Assembly (NCBI GenBank): GCA_964658305.1
Contig: OZ210885.1
Span: 23,684,001 to 23,748,000 of the forward strand
Direction: 5' to 3'
DNA from: Leptogorgia sarmentosa
Lineage: Eukaryota
DNA length: 64,000 nt
Position 1 is the first letter of the stretch. Every line of letters begins with the position of its first letter. This document shows positions 1 to 12,256 of this stretch, piece after piece. The notes under the pieces were generated by a model, which was given only the letters and a program-made list of their open reading frames with translations, did not search any database and was not told where the DNA came from. Made by a program: the position numbers and the translations under genes.

Positions 1-3000
1 CTCTTCATCCATCTCGAGAAGGGCTTTCTGAAGTTCGGTTTGGGAGCCTACGAAGTTAGACCCACGATCTGATCGTAATTGTCTGATTGGGCCACGTCTT
101 CCAGCAAAACGGCGATAAGCATTTATGAACGAACTTGTGTCCATGGAATGCGCAATCTCGATATGCACTGCCCGTGACGCCATACAGGTAAAGAGCACCC
201 CGTATCGTTCTACTTCCTTACGCCCTTCTTTTACTAGCCACGGACCAAAACAATCCACGGCGCTGTACGTAAATGGTTGGCTTGGTTTGATCCGATCCTT
301 TGGAAGATCCGCCATTTTCTGCCCTTGAGCGGCTGCGCGCAATTTACGACAGGTGACACACTACGGCTGATCTTCATGCCGGAGGAACAAATGGCTGCCA
401 GAGTCATTCCACGACCTTGATGATGAATCTTGTTATGATGGTGACAAATCACCAAGTCCGTCACGTGTCCCTTCTTCGGCAGGATATATGGATGCTTAAC
501 GCTCTCTGGTAGTTCTGCACTTCCAATTCGACCACCGACTCGGACGACGCCGTCACCATCTGCGTACGGGTCAAGGCGGGATAAGGTACTTGTCCGTTTC
601 AATTTGACGGTTCGCCTGTCCCGAACGCTGCCGTTTTCCTTCGCCGATCGGAGGACTGCCAGCTCACCCTTGAAAGCTTGTTTCTGCACGTTCTTCACTA
701 TCTCCTTTTCCGCGTTGACAAGATCTTCTACGTTGATGCCGCCGCTTGGTGTTTCCGCATAATGCCTCTGCGATATTTCCTCTACCTTTGAATGGTTTAT
801 CTCGTGATGGTCGTTACGAACAGTTCTCTCATAGACTCTTGTGTTAAGCTTCCTTTTAAGACGTAAACATGCTGCAACGGCCTTCTTGGCCTTGTGCCAG
901 TTGGAAAGGTGTTGAAGGTGGTCGGCTGTCGCGAATTCCTCCTCCGCTTGGATTGCAAAGGACGATACCTTCTTTGTTTCTGGGTCGTCGGGTGAGAGAG
1001 CAGCAGTTTCTTCATTGATACACCCTTGATCGTAGTCGTTCGGTTCCCATAAGAACTTAGGACCATTCCACCATTCAGTTGTTGAGATCAGGTCTTCCGC
1101 ACTCATCCCACGAGAAGCAAAATCGGCCGGGTTGGACTTCGTATCTACATACCTCCACTGGCTGGGCGAAGTTAGATCACGAATTTGTTGAACTCGGTTG
1201 GATACGAACACGTGAAGGCGACGAGCATCATTTGATATGTATCCCAAAACCACCTTGCTGTTTGTCCAGTAGAACAACTTCATTTCCTCGTACTCTAATT
1301 CCTTCTGCAAGAAGGCGCTAACTTTAGCGGAGACTAGCGCGGCAGTGAGTTCTAGTCGTGGGATTGTTACAGGTTTAAGTGGGGCAACTCGTGACTTCGC
1401 CATCACCAAGGTGCAGTAGATTCGGTTTTGGTCGTCTATTAATTTTAGGTATGAGCACTGGCCGTATCCATACAAACTGGCGCCTGAAAAATTATGCAGC
1501 TCGACGGTCTTCACTGCACCGAAGTCTTCGGGTTTATAACATCTCGGAAGGCATAGGGTGTTGAGTAGATTTAGACTACGTTGCCACTTTTCCCAGGTCG
1601 AGCGAAGACTTCCTGGAATTTTCTCGTCCCAATTAGTTCCTTGCCTGCACAACTCTTGGAGAATTCGTTTTCCTTTCAGGACCAGGGGCGACAAGAGACC
1701 GAGGGGGTCGAAAATGGAGCTGACAGTTGACAGCAAACCACGTCTGGTCGCGGGATGTTCCATCATTTCGTTCCTGAATTGCAAGGTATCGGATTCGACG
1801 CACCATTGTACACCCAAAGCCCTTTCGACTGGAAGTTTCTCGCAGGTCAAGTTGAGGTCCTTAATGCCACTCGCTCTTTCTTCGGGTGGAAACGATTCCA
1901 ATACGGCTTTGCTGTTGGATACGAGTTTATGCAAGTGGAATCCTCCTCGTTCGCACAGGCCCTTCGTTTTCCCCAATCGTTTTCCCCTTCGTTAGGGGAT
2001 GTAACTGATTTAAGCCCGTTGTCTACATAGAAGTCCTTTCGAACGAAACTGGCGGCTGCATTCCCAAACTCTTCCTCGTAAACGTCCGCTGCAGTTTTCA
2101 AGCCAATATTGGCGCATCCAGGAGAGGAGGTGGCACCGAACAGGTGAACAGTCATTCTGTACTCACTGGGTTCGCGATTGATATCGCCGTCAGGCCACCA
2201 AAGGAAACGGAGTAGATTTCGGTGTTCTGCGTTTACGTGTACTTGGTGAAACATGCCTTCTATGTCGCACATAATCGCAGTTCTTTCCTGCCGAAATCTG
2301 ACCAGAACTCCTGCTAGACTGTTAGTTAAATCGGGTCCTTGAAGAAGATGACGATTCAAGGATTCTCCCTTAAATTCGGCGCTACAGTCAAATACCACTC
2401 TGATTTTGTCCGGCTTTTTTGGATGATATACGCCGTGGTGGGGTAGATACCAGACGTCACCGCTGTCTTGAGAAAGCTCCTCGTCGGGAACGCGTTCGGC
2501 ATAACCAGATTTTATAATATTCTCCATGAAAGTCAAGTAGTCCTTCCGATAGTTTCCGTCCTTTTCAAAGCGGCATCTTAACTTGTTCAATCGACTCACT
2601 GCTTGGCCTTTGTTGTTGGAGAATTTAACTGCCGGGTCTTTCAAGGGTAAGGGGATCTCGAAGTGACCGTCGTCTCGTTGATGAATTCCTTCTTTTACTT
2701 TACTCATGAACAGTCGATCGTTATACGACAATGGTGCACTACCCTTATCTGAATCATTAAAGTCAATCTCGAACATTTCGCTGACTTGTACAGGTGTTAA
2801 AATTTCTTTCACTCGAGTTTTCAACACGAACTGACGAGACGTCCCTGCAGCAGCACCAATTACTTCGCGAGTGACAATGCGGTGTGTTTGGATCGTATCT
2901 TGATCGGTTTTCTCGAGACTGTGCGTTACCGAACCAACGATGCCCCAACCGAGCGCAGTTCGAATACCGTAAGGATCATTGTCATTTCCGGGTATGATCT

Positions 3001-4794
3001 CACGAGGCTTAATGACATGAGTACAGTTCACGCCAATAAGCAGACCGACCTCCACGCTTTGGCTTGCCTGCGTTAACATGGTTGCAATTCTCTTCAGGTG
3101 CGGCCACGTTTCTGCTGTTTCTTTCCTTGGAATTTGATCTTGTCGGGCAGGTATAACGTCGCGTGTGTAGGTCTTTGGCAGGGCAATATCTACGTTCTCT
3201 TTCATCCCACGAACGACAAGGTCTGTGATCTTCCTACTCTTGATCTTGCTCTGTGCCAAAACCGTGGAAAGTTCTAATTCTACTTCCGGGCCATCGATTT
3301 CCAGCTCATCGAGTGCCGAATCCTTAATGAAACAGGCATCGGATTGATCGTCGAGCAAAGCATAGGTCGATATCTTTCTTTCGGGATTACTGGAGTGGTG
3401 AATCCATATAGGCACGATAAGAGAATGAGAAACTAGCTCGCCCTTGGTGTCCTTTATGTCATGGACTTCAATACAATTTGAAACTGATGTTTTTTGCGTT
3501 TTGGACTCTTGGTTGGGTTTCGGACCTTCCCTTTGTTGAGGGGTTTCCGCCGGTTTATTATGGTTTAGCTCGCGTTTATCCCCATGTAACGCAGTAGGGT
3601 GTACTTCGCCACATGTGCGACAGCTCTTCTTTCTTCTGCACGAACGGTTATTGTGACCCCATTTCAAGCATCCCCAGCATAGACGTTTAGAGATGACGAA
3701 AGTGCGTCTGTTCGGGATTGAAATCTCCAGGAATTTCTTACACGCATCGAGTTCGTGTTCTTCTTTGCAGTAAATGCACTTCGGCTTTGGTCTTACGACT
3801 TCTTGCTCGATTATCTGCACGCCTTGTTTACTTCTTTGTCTGTTCTCCTGCGTCTCGCTGCTACCGGTTGCAAAACATCTGGTTCCTGAACCTCCTGGTT
3901 TAGCGCTACTCTTTCTCTTAGTGACGTTCAAAGTTCCATCACCGTTTATTTGTTGTTGACATGTGACGGGATGACAGGCGATTCTTGCTTCGGTCTTCAA
4001 AAAACGACAGAAATCTTTGAAGGTTGGGTAGGTACTCAAGCTAATCGTTGTCTCAACACTCTCGTCATCCAAGCTTTCTTCTGGATCATCCTTTGTTGAT
4101 TTGTCGACTATTCTGCTCCATCTATTAACAATATAGCTAGGAAGTTTCTTCAAAATCCTTTGATTCTCTTCAGGATCGTCCAAGACGCTTAAGTACTGAA
4201 TATGTTCCATAGCCGTGCAGCAGTGCTGAAGGAAATCTGAAAACTTTCTAAGACTAGCGCCATCGTTCGCTGCTATCTTTGGCCAATCCTCTAACCTTTT
4301 CCGATACGCGTTAGAGACTAGGAAGGGATTTCCATAGCGAGATGTGAGGATTTTCTTCGCATTTGTGTACGCTTGCTCAGTGTTCAGCGGCAAGAGCCCG
4401 CTGACAGCTTCCTTCGCTTCACCAGAGGTAAACCTTCCCAAGTAAAACAGCCTTTCGGAGGGATCGCTCGTTTTTTTTTCAATGAATGTCTCAAAGGACT
4501 TGATCCAGGTGGGGATAGCGCAGTAGGTTGCCGTCGAATACCTCGGGTTCTGGACGAGGCAGAGAATCGTGGTCATTTCGCTTACCAAGAAGATCGACAA
4601 GTTGCTTTAGAATACTTGCGTCGGGGCTGGGTTGTTGAACGGTGTTGGAATCACTGGTATTAAGACCAGGCTCATTGGGGACAATGGGAATGGAAACGGG
4701 GTTTGAGCTGGAGATTGAGTTGGTCTCTTGCTGATTTGTTGCAGGAGGGGCAGGAAGGAATAAATTTGTTTCAGGATTTAGCTTCCTCTGTCCA

Positions 4795-5195
4795 GCATTC
4801 GTTTGAGGGACCATAGCGACAGGGGTGTGACCAGCATTTGTTTGAGGGACCATAGCGACAGGGGGGCTAGCAGCATTCACTTGAGAGACCATAGCGACAG
4901 GGAGGCTAGCAGCATTCGTTTGGGGGACCATAACGACAGGGGGGCTAGCAGCATTCGTTTGCGGGACCATAGCGACAGGGGTGTGACCAGCATTTGTTTG
5001 AGGGACCATAGCGACAGGGGGGCTAGCAGCATTCGCTTGGGGGACCATAGCGACAGGGGGGCTAGCAGCATTCGTTTGGGGGACCATAACGACAGGGGGG
5101 CTAGCAGCATTCGTTTGCGGGACCATAGCGACAGGGGTGTGACCAGCATTCGTTTGAGACACCATAGCGACAGGGGGGCTAGCAGCATTCGTTTG
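4795..5195. repeat. Coding minisatellite, 39-bp unit (13 aa), about 10 copies, inside BEL gag
   Basis: Repeating QTNAASPPVAMVP / QTNAGHTPVAMVP units in ORF 4491-5573. Confidence 0.97.
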
Positions 5196-5912
5196 ATTTT
5201 TCAAATACAACAAGACGCGATCGTACGGGCTCATGACTGGCTCTAAGAGATTTGCTTCATTCGCTATATCAATCTCGTGGCCTTCATCGAGTTTTCCCAC
5301 TGCTTCGATTTGTGCTTGGCTTGTAGCTAATTGTTTCATGAGTTGGATTTTTTTCAATTCTGCTGCCTTCTCGTTTTCCACGTCGAGAAACTTAAGTTCT
5401 GTCTCAAGTTTTGCAGCCTTTGCCAACATGTCGGCTTTCCTGGCAAGGGAAGACTGGTGTGATGCACGCGAGCTCTTGCTACCGGACGAGAGCAAGGAGT
5501 TGCGTTTGTCTCGCTCACTTCGCGTTTCTAGGATTTTACTGTTAAGTGCTTTAAAGATTTCTCTATGTTCCATGTGCCATGCATCATAACGCTTTAATAG
5601 TTCGTTTATTTCGGTTACACTTGCAAGATTAAAGTGTCCATGTCAGAAAATGGGTTTTTGCATTTTTGAAATGTATAGGTAAAATACGTTTATAAGTTCT
5701 AAAATAGAAATACGATTGCGTTTTTAGTTTTAAAGTTATAAGCCATTGAAATTTGAAATTTTCAAATTTTAACGGCAAAGTTTTTGAAAACCGCGAAGGT
5801 GGGAAACTGGTGACTATGACGTCAAAATAGTAACTCGTTGGCAGTAGGCCTAACTCAAAGGCATATAAATACATAGGACTAGTCGCAACATAAGCGCTAT
5901 ATATTACATAAA

Positions 5913-6146
5913 ATGGCCCCGTCGAGTTCAGATACAGAAAGTAACAGCTGGTACAGTGATGACCCTGAGTGGAACTATATTCCTGGCCAATATGACATCG
6001 AAAATCCCAGTACAACCGATAAAAATATCGGTGAAGCGCAGTCATGCAGCAATCGCGCTCAAGATGCCGTAGGTCCTTGCGCAAATGAACCAATTGCTGC
6101 GGTTTGTATTTTAAATTCGCTACTGTTGTCCTTCTCAGACTTGTGA
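5913..6146 (+). pseudogene. Truncated N-terminus of the probable Kolobok second ORF (KolX-like)
   Basis: Acidic Ser-rich start followed by GPCANEPIA; convergent with the THAP ORF inside the TIRs. Confidence 0.45.
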
Positions 6147-6541
6147 CACTCGCTGTTGATTATGTTACACTGCACACCTAAATAGATTAGAATGTAGAAA
6201 CAATGTGCACTATACAATGTCTATATACGCATGCATACAAGTATGCGCGTGCATGCGTGCGATTGATTGGTACCAGGTGTTATAGCACATTAAGTAAATT
6301 ACGCATCTCACTTGTGCTTTGTTACGCTATACACACAATTTGATTCCATTTTTATACCATATAGAGTTATGCCGGCGAAGCAACGAAACTGCCGCGTAGC
6401 AATGAAACCACTAGCCTGTGTTTACATGCGTCTGCGAGCAGGCTATGAAACCAAAGAAATCTGAAACATTAGACGGGTTTTCCCAGCAATTTGGGCAAGC
6501 AGGATTGCAACTACACCAATTTCGTCTGTAGACAACCGCAT

Positions 6542-6787
6542 TTATTTACGGGAAGGACAAGAAAAGATTTGCGTAAAATCTTCTTTTGCAAAATGCGCAG
6601 AACAAATGCTTGAGACTGAAGTGGGTTCCCACTTTGATCGTTTAAGTTGAACAAAGCCAACCCACAGTTTGCGTCTCCTTTTCGCTTCAGGCCTTTCGTC
6701 TCCAGCAAAAGGTATAAAATGGAGTGAAATGCCTTGTTTGGCATCAGCTACATTAGAGCATCCTCCGACAACACATCTATTCGGCAT
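6542..6787 (-). pseudogene. THAP zinc-finger domain (truncated Kolobok ORF)
   Basis: MPNRCVVGGCSN...LHFIP...W...ICSAHF: C2CH THAP signature. Confidence 0.9.
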
Positions 6788-7498
6788 TTTTAAAATTTCG
6801 TTACTTTTATTTTCAATATCACTGTCTATATGCTACTACACGCAATAGTACTTTCTGTATCGCGAGTCAGACGAGTTACTATTTTGACGTCACACACCTA
6901 AACTCATCCCAGTCTCATTTTCGCAACTTTCATATTTTTCAGAATGCAAATTTTACTAAGAAACGGCTATAACTTTAAAACTAAAAACGCAATCTTAATT
7001 CTGTTTTAGAACCTATAAACTTATTTTAGCTATAGATTTCAAAAATGCAAAAACCCATTTTCTGACATGGGCACTTTAACTAAATCGTCATGTACGCCAG
7101 ATAAGTCACGCATACTTGCTTGCAGAGCATCTCTTTTTTGCTGTAACACCTGGATATCAGATGTGTCTGCAAGTGCTGATTCAGCAATTTGGAGTTCCTT
7201 TTGCCATAAGTTAAGGGTTCGCGCAAGTTCCCTTTCGAGTAAGTTTTTACGATACTCTCTACCCTTTTCAGTCAGCACCCTGGGGCGTACGTTAGATTCT
7301 TGCGGCAATTCTGAATCTTTGTCTAGTTCCTCGCGCAACGCTTGATCGGTGATATTCGGTAAGCTGTTGGGGGCCTCCGATTCTTCGACAATTTTTTCCA
7401 TAACATGGAAATAATATAATATAGTTTCAATACAATTCGAGAAGGTCCTTCGATATAATTGAACTAACGATTCGGTTTTCGTTCGGAAGAGTTTTTAC

Positions 7499-7868
7499 TG
7501 TAATGGATTGTTCAGACTCGGGGGTTTTTACTGGGCCGATTTAACGGAGCGACCAGAAGAGCAGACGAGCACACGAATAATATTTATATTTTAGACACTT
7601 GGTCGTAATAATCAGCACGTAAAAACTACAAATGATATACAATAACTAACATTAACCTCTAAATATACGATAACAAGCACTAATATGAATTCTCCTACCT
7701 CTTTCCCCGTATCTAGCGTCTCTTTAACCTTAATAACGATGCCCGAGATTAATAGCACTAAACCGTTCGATTTTATCTCGTCCCTTTCGCGCCAAAGTAG
7801 TCAAACACGCGGTCCATTTAATATATTCGCATACATTAAAATAACTTAGCATGCATGATTACGTTACA
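7499..7868 (-). repeat. Putative 5' LTR of the BEL element
   Basis: TGTAA...TTACA inverted ends just upstream of gag. The partner LTR lies outside the window. Confidence 0.6.
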
Positions 7869-8045
7869 GCTACCAATGTGTACGTTATGCCATCAGTCCA
7901 TACAAATTATGGAATTTTTAACATTAAGTATTCTGGAACAAAAGTGTGGAGCTCTGTTGATGAATCTTTGAAGTCTCTAGGAAAATTTTTGAAAACTTTT
8001 AAAAGAAAACTTAAAGAACAAATAGTTGTTGGTTATTAAATTATT
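7869..8045 (+). pseudogene. 3' end of a CR1/L2-like non-LTR retrotransposon ORF2
   Basis: TNYGIFNIKYSGTKVWSSV...FKRKLK matches the typical C-terminal pattern of these RT ORFs. Confidence 0.65.
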
Positions 8046-8110
8046 AACTTTTTGTTGAAAATGTAGATGAAAAAATAGATCTTTGTCTCATTCTTTTCTT
8101 TTTCTTTCTT

Positions 8111-11100
8111 TGTTATTATATGTTGTTCTTCGTTGGTGCTTGTTACTTGTTTCTTCAAACAATGTATATATAGACACCTAGTTTCATGTTTTTTTGTGTA
8201 CTCATAGTAGCAAGATAGTAAAGACGTAATAAAAGAACTTAACATGGTGGCAGTGGTGGGATCCAAAGATATAAGTAGATCTAAGGAATAAGACAAAGCT
8301 AGATGGCAGTCGAACAAGCAACAAATGTTCCAATCATACAGGGGATTCAACCGCCAACGGGTTTGGATTTGAAATCAAGAAATAAAGCAGAGAATTGGAA
8401 GGCGTATAAACAATGCTGGGAGAATTACACAATTGTGCCTCAGCTAGACAAACAACCAGAAGAATATCGAGTCGCATTATTCCTATATTGCATTGGACAA
8501 GAAGCCGTGAAAGTCTACAACAGTTTCGATCTAACGCCCGAGGACAAACGCAAGTTGGAAAAGATTATAGACAAATTTGACAAGTATGCGATTGGCCAAG
8601 TTAATGAAACGTACGAAAGATACAATTTTAACAGCTGTGCCCAACAAGACGGGGAAACTATTGATGAGTACGTTGCTAAACTAAGAACATTGGCACAAAC
8701 ATGTGGTTTCTGTGTTTGCCTGCACGATTCACTCATTCGCGATAGAATTGTGCTGGGAGTAGCTGATGCTAGCACATGGAAATGATTGCTACAACATTCA
8801 AAATTGACTCTACAAGAAAGCATTGAAATATGCCGAAGTTTTGAAGCGACTAATTCGCAGATTAGACAGATGAGCGAACAGAATAAATTAGACGAAGTAA
8901 ATAAAGTTCAATCGACCAAATCGAGAACAAAGGGAGGAGGAGCACGGAACAAAGCAAACTATGGCGAATTCAAACAAGACTCAATACAACACAAAGCATG
9001 TGGATATTGTGGTAGAAAACACAAGTTTGGACGAGAATCGTGTCCGGCGTGGGGTGAGACGTGTAATTCGTGTGGAAAGCGGAATCTTTTCGCAAAGCAA
9101 TGCAAACAACGCAGGAGAGACAATACGAACCAAGTGAAGGAAGCAGACTCGAGCTCCGACTCCGAGTACATCAATAGCGTGACTGTGAAACCAGATAAGA
9201 TAAGCTCGATTAGTCAACAACCATCAAAAGAAGTATACGCTAAAATGATCGTGAGAGGCAACCCAATTAAATTTCATGTCGAATGCGGGGCAACGGTAAA
9301 CGTGTTACCTATGAAGTATCTAGCGGGTGAAAACATCGAACCAACAGATAGAACTCTACAGATGTGGAACAAGACAGAATTAAAGCCAAAGGGAACTTGT
9401 CGTCTTACAATAAGAAATCCGAAAAATGACAAGAAATATTCCGTAGAATTTATGGCAGTTCAAGAGAATTTGACACCATTACTCTGGGCTAAGGCTATTC
9501 AACGCATGGGAATCATCGAAATACATAATGAGAACTTTGAACAAGTAGCGCAAGTAAATACAGGAATCAAAGACACAACAAGTACACAGTCAACAATGAC
9601 AGTGATGAACCAAATAATAGAAGAATTTGCAGACGTGTTCGAAGGAGAAGTGGGTACGTTAGAAGGAGAACAACACCTCGAAATAGATCCAACGGTACAA
9701 CCGACGATAGCGCCATCAAGACGAGTGCCATTTGCCATAAAAGCAAAGGTGAAAGACGAGTTAATGCAACTAACAAATCTTGAGGTTATACAGCCAGTTG
9801 ATGAACCCACGGACTGGGTCAGCAATATGGTCGTGGCAACAAAACCATCAGGTGAACTACGCATCTGCATCGATCCCAGACAGCTGAACAAGGCCCTCAA
9901 ATGTGAGAGGTACCCCATACCAGTCATTGAAGATGTGATGTCAGATATAGCCAAAGCCAAAGTTTTTACAAAGGTGGCAAATGGCTATTGGCACGTCAAG
10001 TTGAACGAAGAGTCCAGTAGGTTGATGACATTCAACACTCTGTTCGGGAGATATCGTTGGAAACGTTACCGTTTGGGATCAGCGTTGCATCAGAGATCTT
10101 CCAGAAAAGGATCCTGCAAGCCTTAGAACGACTAGGAATGCTCGCTATACATGATGACATGGTGATATACGGAGTAGGTGACACCATTGAAGAAGCAACA
10201 ATTGATCATAATAGCAAGTTGGTGAACTTTCTCACAACATGTAGGGAAAAGGGGGTGAAGCTCAACAGAAGAAAGTTGGAGTTATGTTGTACAGAGATTC
10301 CATTTATGGGTCATCTCGTAACCTCTGAAGAGTTGAAAGCAGATCCAGATAAAATCGACGCTATAGGAAACATACCCAAGCCCACAGGCATAAAGGATGT
10401 ATGAAGATTATGTGGATTTATAAATTATCTGGCAAAATTCATGCCGCATTTATCCGATGTGATGGAACCACTACGACAGCTTAGACATAAAGAAGCAGAA
10501 TGGAAATCGATGCATGAACACGACGCTGCACGATGATGTTCTCCAACGATTGAAAGAAGTCATACAGCGGGGGTGGCCTAAGCAGAAGCAAGACCTACCA
10601 ACCACGCTTCATCCATATTATAGCTATAGAGATGAGCTTAGTGTGTACGATGGCCTGGTCTTCAAGGGAGAACGATTGGTCATTCCAAAAGGAACGCGAA
10701 GGCAAATGAAGCTTGATGTACATAGGTCACATTGGCGTAAATGGCTGCCTAAGGAGAGCACAGGAATGTATGTTTTGGCCTGGGATGAGCGCGGAGATGA
10801 AGGAGTTGATCAGTGCGAGACATGTAGAAGATATGAAACCAGACAACAGAAAGAAACGCTGATGAGCCACGAGATAACAGAGCGACCATGGGAAAAAGTT
10901 GGCGCAGACATCTTTACCATCGATGACAACAACTACCTCGTGTTGGTAGATTACTACTCAAATTTCTGGGAGATTAACCGCCTTAAAGATACGAAAGCCA
11001 GCACATGTATCAGGAAGATAAAAGGTCATTTTGCCAGGAATGGAATTCCGGATATCTTTGTCAGCGATAATGGCAGCCAGTTTGTCTCTGAGAGATTTGG

Positions 11101-11225
11101 AAACTTTGCAAAATTGTGGGGCTTCGAACATTGTGTGAGTAGCCCCCAGCAAGCCAATGGAAAGGGAGAGTCTGCTGTAAAATCTGCAAAGAAGCTGATA
11201 CGTAAAGCGGTTGAAACTGGAAACG
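8111..11225 (+). mobile_element. Gypsy LTR retrotransposon, decayed and 3'-truncated
   Basis: Putative LTR 8111-8244 (TGTTA...TAACA) followed by PBS TGGTGGCAGTGGTGGGAT (tRNA-Leu-like). Gag 8303-8785, knuckle/PR/RT 8786-10404, integrase about 10800-11220. RNase H appears deleted near 10530. Confidence 0.92.
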
Positions 11226-11699
11226 ATTTACGAAAAACGTTGAAAACGCCGTGCAAACTTTCATTTTTTAGAATAATTAGCTTTTTGCATGCTTAATTTA
11301 TTCTTGTATCTCATTTGCAAATGCTCATATCTTATTTGCATATGCAAATTTGGCAATTAGGCATTATTCCAAAAAATAAAAGTTTGCCCGGCGTTTTGAA
11401 GGGCTTAAACTCAAGCATTTTTTCTGAGATTTTTAACAGAAATACAAAACCTGACAAATATTCCGTCCATCAACTAAAAATTGCTTTTGAGCCTTTAAAT
11501 TTCGTGCGCAAGACATTTCCTATCGGTTGGCAAAAACCACTCCCCCCAGGTTTTTAAAAATTCAAATTACAAAATGTTTTCGTTTATTCTTCATTATAAG
11601 TACTCAACCAATCCACATAAACCAAAAACTTTCTACCCCTAGCCCCTTTGCGAAGTTGAGAGCGATTTAAAATCTGTTCAGTTTTTTTTATACACCCTG
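11226..11699. mobile_element. Tc1/mariner-type MITE fragment (one end)
   Basis: Ends TACACCCTG followed by TA. The last ~160 bp closely match 51875-52035. Confidence 0.65.
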
Positions 11700-11776
11700 T
11701 ATATATATAACACAGTAATTAATCTTCCGTAGTTAAAATAGAGTGCTCAATAACAAGATTAATTGAAAGAGCAAAA

Positions 11777-11936
11777 TATAATATTTTATTTAATCTTAAA
11801 ATTAATCGCTACACAGTGTTTCACGCTTTTAAAGCGATCATCAGGTGCTAGTATTAGTAGTATATCGCCTGATGATCGCTTTAAAAGCGTGAAACACTGT
11901 GTAGCGATTAATTTTAAGATTAAATAAAATATTATA
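11777..11936. repeat. Perfect 69-bp inverted repeat with 22-nt spacer; probable inverted pair of Penelope-like element ends
   Basis: 11777-11845 is the reverse complement of 11868-11936. Each arm has a hammerhead core followed by AATAAA. Confidence 0.9.
11864..11908 (+). ncRNA. Minimal type I hammerhead ribozyme motif
   Basis: ATCGC-CTGATGA-T-CGCTT-TAA-AAGCG-T-GAA-ACAC-T-GTGT-A-GCGAT: intact core, stem I ATCGC/GCGAT, palindromic stem III, predicted cleavage after GUA (11903). Confidence 0.75.
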
Positions 11937-11970
11937 CAGTACTGTGCAAAAGTTATAGGCACCTCGTGAA
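11937..11970 (+). mobile_element. Isolated Tc1-like terminal inverted repeat
   Basis: TA followed by CAGTACTGTGCAAAAGTTATAGGCAC; no partner end found. Confidence 0.5.
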
Positions 11971-12256
11971 AAAGCATTCGAAATAATCATATACATTGGA
12001 TCGTGGGATACTTGGTGTAGTTGGATGTGTAATGTATCGTGAACATGTGACGTTTTGTCTCTCTCTGCTCTCTGTTCTTGTACTGATGTTTTATGTATTT
12101 TTTCTGTTCATATTGATATTAATTAAATCGCTCAACATCGAAGGATGTCCAATATAACATTTTAATAAAATTTTTGTGCATGTATTAATAAAGACTTAAC
12201 AGGTAAAATTAATGATTATGTCTACATAAATATAGTCAAGATAAGCTTTGTTCAAT

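Larger units (their letters stand above)
5633..7075. mobile_element. Non-autonomous Kolobok-type DNA transposon
   Basis: TTAA on both sides (5629-5632, 7076-7079). Imperfect TIR of about 110 bp starting AGTGYCCATGTCAGAAAATGGG. Contains a THAP ORF and a convergent second ORF start. Confidence 0.85.
1..7401 (-). pseudogene. BEL/Pao gag-pol polyprotein, disrupted (frameshifts near 4510, 1980 and 360; Kolobok insertion; YVDN, FSGAS and WTNS in place of Asp-containing motifs)
   Basis: ORFs 7039-7401, 4491-5573, 1847-4600 and 234-1976 are consecutive pieces. Removing 5633-7079 joins ...GVHDDLV-NLASVTEINELLKRYDAWH-MEHRE in frame. Confidence 0.92.
1..7868 (-). mobile_element. BEL/Pao LTR retrotransposon, decayed; 3' part runs off the window start
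   Basis: Minus-strand gag-PR-RT-RNaseH-IN order: DUF1759-like gag, Cys/His knuckles, ALLDDQS protease, YLPHHGV..KIRVVFDCSA RT, AKSRVAPLKPVTIPRLELTAA RNase H, integrase at 1-330. Candidate LTR at 7499-7868. Confidence 0.95.

Noticed and set aside
4795..5195. Regular repeat array as a possible CRISPR
   Set aside because: The units are contiguous 39-mers with no unique spacers, lie in a gag frame, and no cas genes are present.
4803..5246. Repetitive ORFs 4803-5246 (+) and 4877-5188 (-)
   Set aside because: Alternative-frame readings of the gag minisatellite.
8245..8262. tRNA-like sequences here and at 47405, 61396 and 63242
   Set aside because: These are 18-nt primer-binding sites next to LTRs, not tRNA genes.
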